In this document: positions 58,696 to 64,000 of the stretch, piece by piece
Layout of the letters: every line of letters starts with the position of its first letter
Numbering within the stretch: position 1 is the stretch's first letter
Notes under the pieces: generated by a model
Databases searched by the model: none
What the model saw: only the letters and a program-made list of their open reading frames with translations
What the model was told of the DNA's origin: nothing
Made by a program: the position numbers and the translations under genes
Origin: Niabella sp.
Lineage (GTDB): Bacteria > Bacteroidota > Bacteroidia > Chitinophagales > Chitinophagaceae
Direction of reading: 5' to 3'
Length of the DNA: 64,000 bases
Assembly: GCA_047606125.1 (NCBI GenBank)
Contig: JASGEW010000131.1
Location: 7,406-71,405, forward strand

Positions 58696-60483
58696 TTAAA
58701 ACGAAACAAATTCACTTTCATAAGCATCTAACCATATAGAGCCCTCTGTTTCCCAGGTGGTGGGAAGTGTCAGTCCAAGCCAGTAAAATATCTGTGCAGA
58801 TATATCAACATTTTTTAAGAACTTGGTTGTAAGCCCGGTTGCAATATTCTGACTGAAGGAGCATGGAAAATCTTCTAAAGCATCCCATGCGTACGAACCA
58901 GATATTTCAAAATTGGAACTGTTATCAATTTGGTTTGCAATTGTATTTCCAATACCATCTGTGCCGGGCCAGTAAGCTGTAAGATAGGCGTATTTCGGAT
59001 GCTCAGTGATGTCCTGTAAACAAATGTTAGCAGCGACTTCCGCATCGGTTAATGCGGTGTTAAACATTTCTATATTATTGGCGTAAAACTGAAGACCGGT
59101 GCTGCTTTGATTACCCCCGTATAAATGATCATCGCCGCCAAAACCCAAAATCAGATCCAGATCATTGGAAATATCCCCAAAAGCAGTGATATCAGGGCTT
59201 GGATCAGCAATCCTGGCCCCATCTGTAAATCTTTTTAAATACCGCATGGTGGAACCGCTTATCACCGTATCATATATTACCACAGTAAGCGTGTGCCACG
59301 AATCGTCAAAAACAGTTGTTAACGCAGTTTCAAACTTTCTTGACCCGCCCGGGCCTTTGGCGCTAAATGACCAGTAACCCGAAGTAGAGGTATAAAAAGT
59401 CCATCCTGAAGGCGTGGAACTGGTCCAGTTAAGCGTTTTAGAAAGAAAATGCGGATAATAAGTGGGCGCTTTATTTCCCTTAATATTTAATTGTATGGTA
59501 AACTCGCCGGTACCGGGATTAAAGGCATCTGAAGACGGGGTGGTGGCGTTTACCATTAAATCTGTATTATAACTGGAACCCTTCATTAGTACCGATGACA
59601 AAGCGCCTTCCCTCGTGAATTGCTCGCTGGTAAATTTCCTGAAATAATAACAGGTGGGTACCGTGGTTTCTTCATCCGATGTGCCGCCATAAGTTTTATC
59701 CACCCCGCCATGCGTACCGGTAACAACCACCAGCCACTCTTCGCTGGTGTTATAATTTGCCCTGCTTTTAAGGGCATCCATTATTTCACCAATATAGCCG
59801 TCCACAGTAGTTAATGCGTCCTCATACTCATCAGAAGATGCGGAGAAAGTAGCGGTTGAAGAAGGGTCTTTCACAATTTTAGCCGGTCCGTTAAAATTTA
59901 CAAAAACGACTTTTGAGGAAGTTGTTTTGGCAACGCTTACTGCCGAATCTTTTGCAACCACATCATCGGCTACATAAATTTTATTACGGGCTTCTGTTAC
60001 CGCTTTATCCAGCAAAGTCTGCCAGCTGGTTATAAAAGTTGTTTGAGCGCTATAATATTTTGTTCTTAGCAGAAAATTGAATAAAGACGGGTAATTTTGT
60101 GCCGTAGTATAATCCTCTAATTCTCCCGTATAATCGGTAGTGGATTGAGCAAAAGTGCTGTCGGCTATATGATGCGAACCATACGTTACCCCCGATGTTA
60201 AAGTTTTCCAGGAAGAAGCATCGGTAGAAAGAATATCCGCCTTTGAGTCCCAGGTATATTTTGCATTTGATAATAACGCAGTATAGTTGGGAGTGGCCGC
60301 GGCCTTAAAAACTTCAGCATTCAGGCCGTCGATGGCAATCACCAGCACTCTCCTGTCTGTACCCGATGCGGTTGAATCGTACGTTTCAAAAACCGCAGGG
60401 TTATCAGCGTATTTTTTGCAGGAGGTAACGCTCCCGAAAATTATTATTAATAACGTTGCAATAATTATGAATGAATACTTCAT
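58696..60483 (-). CDS. Lipoprotein with an N-terminal alkaline-phosphatase/NPP-like domain and a C-terminal LamG-like (concanavalin A-like) domain
   Basis: About 595 aa from the ATG at 60483 (MKYSFIIIATLLIIIFGSVTSC lipobox). Has RVLVIAIDGLNAEVF, WLVVVTGTHGG, and the LamG-like WHTLTVVIYD...MFNTALTDAEV. Paralogue of 62546-64000. Confidence 0.55.
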   Translation of the reverse strand: MKYSFIIIATLLIIIFGSVTSCKKYADNPAVFETYDSTASGTDRRVLVIAIDGLNAEVFKAAATPNYTALLSNAKYTWDSKADILSTDASSWKTLTSGVTYGSHHIADSTFAQSTTDYTGELEDYTTAQNYPSLFNFLLRTKYYSAQTTFITSWQTLLDKAVTEARNKIYVADDVVAKDSAVSVAKTTSSKVVFVNFNGPAKIVKDPSSTATFSASSDEYEDALTTVDGYIGEIMDALKSRANYNTSEEWLVVVTGTHGGVDKTYGGTSDEETTVPTCYYFRKFTSEQFTREGALSSVLMKGSSYNTDLMVNATTPSSDAFNPGTGEFTIQLNIKGNKAPTYYPHFLSKTLNWTSSTPSGWTFYTSTSGYWSFSAKGPGGSRKFETALTTVFDDSWHTLTVVIYDTVISGSTMRYLKRFTDGARIADPSPDITAFGDISNDLDLILGFGGDDHLYGGNQSSTGLQFYANNIEMFNTALTDAEVAANICLQDITEHPKYAYLTAYWPGTDGIGNTIANQIDNSSNFEISGSYAWDALEDFPCSFSQNIATGLTTKFLKNVDISAQIFYWLGLTLPTTWETEGSIWLDAYESEFVSF

Positions 60484-60502
60484 TTTACGACTATTAAATT
60501 TA

Positions 60503-62506
60503 TTATTGTACAATAGCAAATTCAGCAATTGCGGCATAGTTGGTACCATCCCAAACATCTGACGTTGCAGGAATCCTCAGCCTTACATATTTAGCGGATA
60601 CTGATGAACTTAACGAGTAGCTTCGATAGGTTATATCATTGGGAATAGAGAACGGGCTGTCAGACAAGGTTGTCCATGTACTGTTATCATTGCTAATATC
60701 AATATATAAATTCTTAATGGTCCTTGTTTTGCTTTGCCTGTTGGCAAACTTAAACCCGCTAAAGCTTAGCTTCCGCCCCAGGTTAATAGTAATGTAATGC
60801 GGAGGTGTGGCAGTTGTTCCATACCATTGAGAATGCCAATAAGTGCTTATATCATTGTCAATAATCCTGGCGGCATAACCATTGGTAGAACCTTCACCCA
60901 CTGTTTCCTGGCTTGAATAATCGGCTATGGACCAGCTGGAAGGATCATAAAATGCAGTCGCTTCATCTCCTCCGGTTCTGGTAAGTGGATTATATGTCCA
61001 GGCTTTATAACTGATAGGAGTGTAAAGATCTGACATCGCCGTTGTTGCGGCGTCGCTGATACTGATGCCCCATGCCGTAAAGAAGGGTTCCCAATCGTAC
61101 TGGGTATAATTACATAATAATTTATACACAAAATCATGTTTTGTTAAGTCCGACACGTTAGGTCTTACGGCCCTCCTCGATTGCTTATACAACTCGGTCA
61201 TAAAACCCCAGCCATCATTTGATGAATTATTGATCCCGTCCATATTGGGCTTTATATAATCAAATATCTGTACAAAAGGAGTAAGGCGGGAAAAGGCGTT
61301 GTCGATCTTGGAATCTGAGCCATCAAAATCGCCACCCGTTCCGGCAAACGAAATAGCATTGGCAAACGCACTTTCCAAAGCATCATGTTGGGGCGGCCAG
61401 ATGTCCGGGGTGGTGTTGCTGAGTCTGTTTGCCACTTTAAATGAGAATAAATTATTTGTAGTTTCACCGAGAGTTGACCAACTCCAGTAGTTAGATTGCT
61501 GATGGTTATGCCCTATTTCATGTAAAATACCCCAATTACCACCAGCATTGATTATGGAGAAATTAGAAATGCCCGAGAACCAGCTGTAATCATTTGTCAC
61601 AACAACAGGATTTCCACTATGCCCATACCCTACGGAAGGCTGAATATCGAAAACAATTCTGTAAGGGACTACCGGCGCCTGATCTACCGCATCTGTAGCA
61701 TCATACGATAACCCTTCCCATTCGCTGTAATCATATACCACTACAGAGTCCCACTGCCTCAATGCGGCCTCCACATCTGCTATCGGGTATAACAGGCACA
61801 TTTCCCTGGAAACCAGGAACGAAACATACTTACTTCTTAGCTCAAGGAAAGGAACGCAGGAATTAGACACCCGTGTGTACCACTCGGCATTAGCGCTTTC
61901 TCCTAATATAAAATCCGGAGATTTCACTACATTGCCCAGGGTTAAGGACACCGGGGAGGTCTGTGAAACTGCGGAATTGATATAAACCGTTCCGCCATAC
62001 AGGTTTCTTAAATAATTTCTTCCCGGTGCCAGCTGCGATTTTAAGTAAATAACAGGATCTCTTGACGGGTTCTCTTCACTGCTTAAATCATCCGTCCACC
62101 CGCCAATCTGAACCGATAGCTGGTACTGTCCTTCCGGCACATCAATGGTTATCAGCTCTCCGGGCGCTGCATAATAACCCGTGCTGAATAAGGGCTCGGG
62201 CGGCGCAGCGATTCTAAGATTAGTACCCACGGACTTATAGTTCAGATCCATACTTATAGTGACCGAAGCAATACGTTCTTCCGCATCACAAACAAGACCC
62301 GGGAAAATAGAGGCTTCCAGGTATTTACTGGCATCCAGTAAAACAGTTGTATCTATTAGCGTTTTGGCGCTATCGGCAGGATATCCTGAGTCTTCGGGCG
62401 CCGTGTCGACATCAAAGTTCTTTTTAGCACAGGACACTATTGTTATTAATAAAAACAATAACGCCATAAATCTAAAACAACTGTATTTATATCTTAATTG
62501 TGTCAT
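60503..62506 (-). CDS. M60-like (enhancin-like) zinc metallopeptidase lipoprotein with a C-terminal F5/8 type C (discoidin/CBM32-like) domain
   Basis: 667 aa with lipobox LLITIVSC. Has the HEXXH context GILHEIGHNHQQ and the C-terminal IIDNDISTYWHSQW...YVRLRI typical of the F5/8 type C fold. Confidence 0.7.
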   Translation of the reverse strand: MTQLRYKYSCFRFMALLFLLITIVSCAKKNFDVDTAPEDSGYPADSAKTLIDTTVLLDASKYLEASIFPGLVCDAEERIASVTISMDLNYKSVGTNLRIAAPPEPLFSTGYYAAPGELITIDVPEGQYQLSVQIGGWTDDLSSEENPSRDPVIYLKSQLAPGRNYLRNLYGGTVYINSAVSQTSPVSLTLGNVVKSPDFILGESANAEWYTRVSNSCVPFLELRSKYVSFLVSREMCLLYPIADVEAALRQWDSVVVYDYSEWEGLSYDATDAVDQAPVVPYRIVFDIQPSVGYGHSGNPVVVTNDYSWFSGISNFSIINAGGNWGILHEIGHNHQQSNYWSWSTLGETTNNLFSFKVANRLSNTTPDIWPPQHDALESAFANAISFAGTGGDFDGSDSKIDNAFSRLTPFVQIFDYIKPNMDGINNSSNDGWGFMTELYKQSRRAVRPNVSDLTKHDFVYKLLCNYTQYDWEPFFTAWGISISDAATTAMSDLYTPISYKAWTYNPLTRTGGDEATAFYDPSSWSIADYSSQETVGEGSTNGYAARIIDNDISTYWHSQWYGTTATPPHYITINLGRKLSFSGFKFANRQSKTRTIKNLYIDISNDNSTWTTLSDSPFSIPNDITYRSYSLSSSVSAKYVRLRIPATSDVWDGTNYAAIAEFAIVQ

Positions 62507-62545
62507 AATAAGGAAGTGTGTGTGTTCACGTAATATTTTTATAGC

Positions 62546-64000
62546 TTAATTTGTAACGTCGCTGTAATCCGGCACCCATAACTGCCCGTCTAAAGACCAG
62601 GATGATGAAGGGTGTATGCCTAACCACTGGTATATTAAAGGGAGTGCGTCCACACTATTCAGCACCGATTTATAAGAAGCCGCTGAAACCGGCGGGCAAA
62701 CATTGGCAGTCGTAACACTAAACGAGGTGGTGGAGGTATTCTTAACGATAAGCTTATTGCCATAAGCGCTTTTATCTTCGATATAATTTACTCCCGAAGC
62801 GTCTGTTAATACTTCAGTACTGGGCCAGAAACCTACCAGGTTGCTGTAATATTCATCAGTAGTTGCCACCTCGGTAGCACAATAATTATTTGCTATATAA
62901 GTAGCCGGAAGCGCAGTATTATAAACCCTGATATCTGTAATCAAAAGACCGTTAATAACATAGCTATCATAAGTAGATCCTGTTCTCCATCCCACAGTAA
63001 AGTTAGAATCGCTTACATAACTGGCTGTTGACACCAGGGTTGCAGAGCCGCCCACCACTCCGTCAGTGTACGCATAGGCCTTTCTTGTGCCATCCTCAAT
63101 TCGTACCACGCCGGTTAAAGTATGCCACTCTCCATCATTTATTTGGGTACCTAATGCCTGGGAAGTTGCCGGGGCCGTACTTCTAAGGTTAAACCCCCAA
63201 TAATTGCTTTCCAGGAAAAATAAAAAACCCTGGCTACCGGTAGATGTATTAAATGCAGCCCTTTTACCCAAAAATGAAGGATAATATACCACAGAACCGC
63301 TTGGCACCCTTACCTTGCACTGCATGGTAAACTCGGTGCTGGCGCCAAAATCCATGAGCGTGCCCAAAGCAGAATCGCTTACATAGGCTCCATTATTTTG
63401 GGGTTGTGAAGTCCCTCCCACGTAATATGGCGGCGTGTCGCCGGCATAAGGTAATATACCCACCGGCTCCACTTTTTTAGAAGTCACAAACCGGGGATTA
63501 TAATAAAAAGCAAAAGTATTATGCCTGCCATCCTCAAATGCCGACCACGATGCGCTACTGGGCACATATTCTGTATTATCACCCTTATTAGATACTATAA
63601 CGATCAGCCAGTTTTCATCTTCGAAAGTATCTCTTGCCTTTACCGCATCGATCACTTCTCCAATATAGGTGTCCGTTTGCAGAATAGCTGCACTATAAGT
63701 AGCAGAGGAAGCCTCATAACTATCGCTAAGCCCGGCGGCATCTACTTCGTGAAACTGCACGAGCAACAGGTCCGGATCAGCGGTAGCCAATTCACTGATC
63801 GCTGCATTTTTTGTGTTAAGATCGCTGCCGGCATAAGACGTTGACAAAGTAGCGTCTGCCGCCAGGCTGTCTGCAAGGTCCGCAGATGAAGTCAGCGCCA
63901 CTGTTCTGGCAGCAGTCAGTTGCGATTTTATTCTTGTAAACACAGTAGGATAATCTTCAAGATCGCCGGTGGCAAAGCTCTCTGTAATCCCATGCTTTTC
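62546..64000 (-). CDS. Alkaline-phosphatase/NPP-like plus LamG-like protein, paralogue of 58696-60483; the N-terminus lies beyond the right window edge
   Basis: The frame stays open upstream of the ATG at 63943 to the window end (...EKHGITESFATGDLEDYPTVFTRIKSQL...). Has WLIVIVSNKGDN, the LamG-like DGEWHTLTGVV...IRVYNTALPATYI, and a C-terminal block shared with 58696-60483 (YQWLGI..SSSW..DGQLW). Confidence 0.55.
   Translation of the reverse strand, partial: EKHGITESFATGDLEDYPTVFTRIKSQLTAARTVALTSSADLADSLAADATLSTSYAGSDLNTKNAAISELATADPDLLLVQFHEVDAAGLSDSYEASSATYSAAILQTDTYIGEVIDAVKARDTFEDENWLIVIVSNKGDNTEYVPSSASWSAFEDGRHNTFAFYYNPRFVTSKKVEPVGILPYAGDTPPYYVGGTSQPQNNGAYVSDSALGTLMDFGASTEFTMQCKVRVPSGSVVYYPSFLGKRAAFNTSTGSQGFLFFLESNYWGFNLRSTAPATSQALGTQINDGEWHTLTGVVRIEDGTRKAYAYTDGVVGGSATLVSTASYVSDSNFTVGWRTGSTYDSYVINGLLITDIRVYNTALPATYIANNYCATEVATTDEYYSNLVGFWPSTEVLTDASGVNYIEDKSAYGNKLIVKNTSTTSFSVTTANVCPPVSAASYKSVLNSVDALPLIYQWLGIHPSSSWSLDGQLWVPDYSDVTN

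Noticed and set aside
58696-58860. Conserved C-terminal block of the two AP-like/LamG paralogues considered as a T9SS C-terminal sorting domain
   Set aside because: The fully visible copy has a lipoprotein signal peptide. The shared block is short and does not resemble the usual beta-sandwich CTD pattern, so it is left unassigned.

Overview
The window looks like a chromosomal segment of a Bacteroidota genome, probably Chitinophagia or Sphingobacteriia. Evidence for that placement: TAnnTTTG -7 promoter boxes, many lipobox lipoproteins, TonB-plug-like secreted proteins, a PPi-type phosphofructokinase, a PcrB/GGGPS homologue and an IVS-type four-helix-bundle cassette. It is densely coding, with about 57 protein genes on both strands, and most of them are housekeeping: secA, dapF, dxs, ggt, glyA, aguB/aguA, dnaJ-grpE, der, era, cdd, folB, trxB, pfp and pyk. 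RNA genes are tRNA-Cys(GCA), an initiator tRNA-Met(CAT), and a decayed tandem copy of the tRNA-Met locus. I saw no rRNA, CRISPR array, integrase or transposase.

Accessory or unusual content:
- A truncated four-helix-bundle (23S-IVS-type) cassette with inverted GTCGGAAG-type arms lies between aguB and aguA.
- Three paralogous large secreted proteins, two of them in tandem, have an MG2-like N-terminus and a TonB-plug-like region but no beta-barrel.
- An AbiEi/AbiEii type IV toxin-antitoxin pair sits beside an extremely AT-rich tract.
- An orphan class II Fic protein.
- A stand-alone retropepsin-like protease ends a sugar-acid catabolic gene string.
- A minus-strand lipoprotein operon runs off the right edge. 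It has an M60-like metalloprotease with an F5/8-type C domain, flanked by two paralogues that combine an alkaline-phosphatase-like domain with a LamG-like domain.

I do not see an unambiguous new multi-gene system. The best candidates for follow-up are the barrel-less plug proteins, the M60 operon and the IVS-like cassette. All functional calls come from motif recognition by eye in the supplied translations, and no database search was run.
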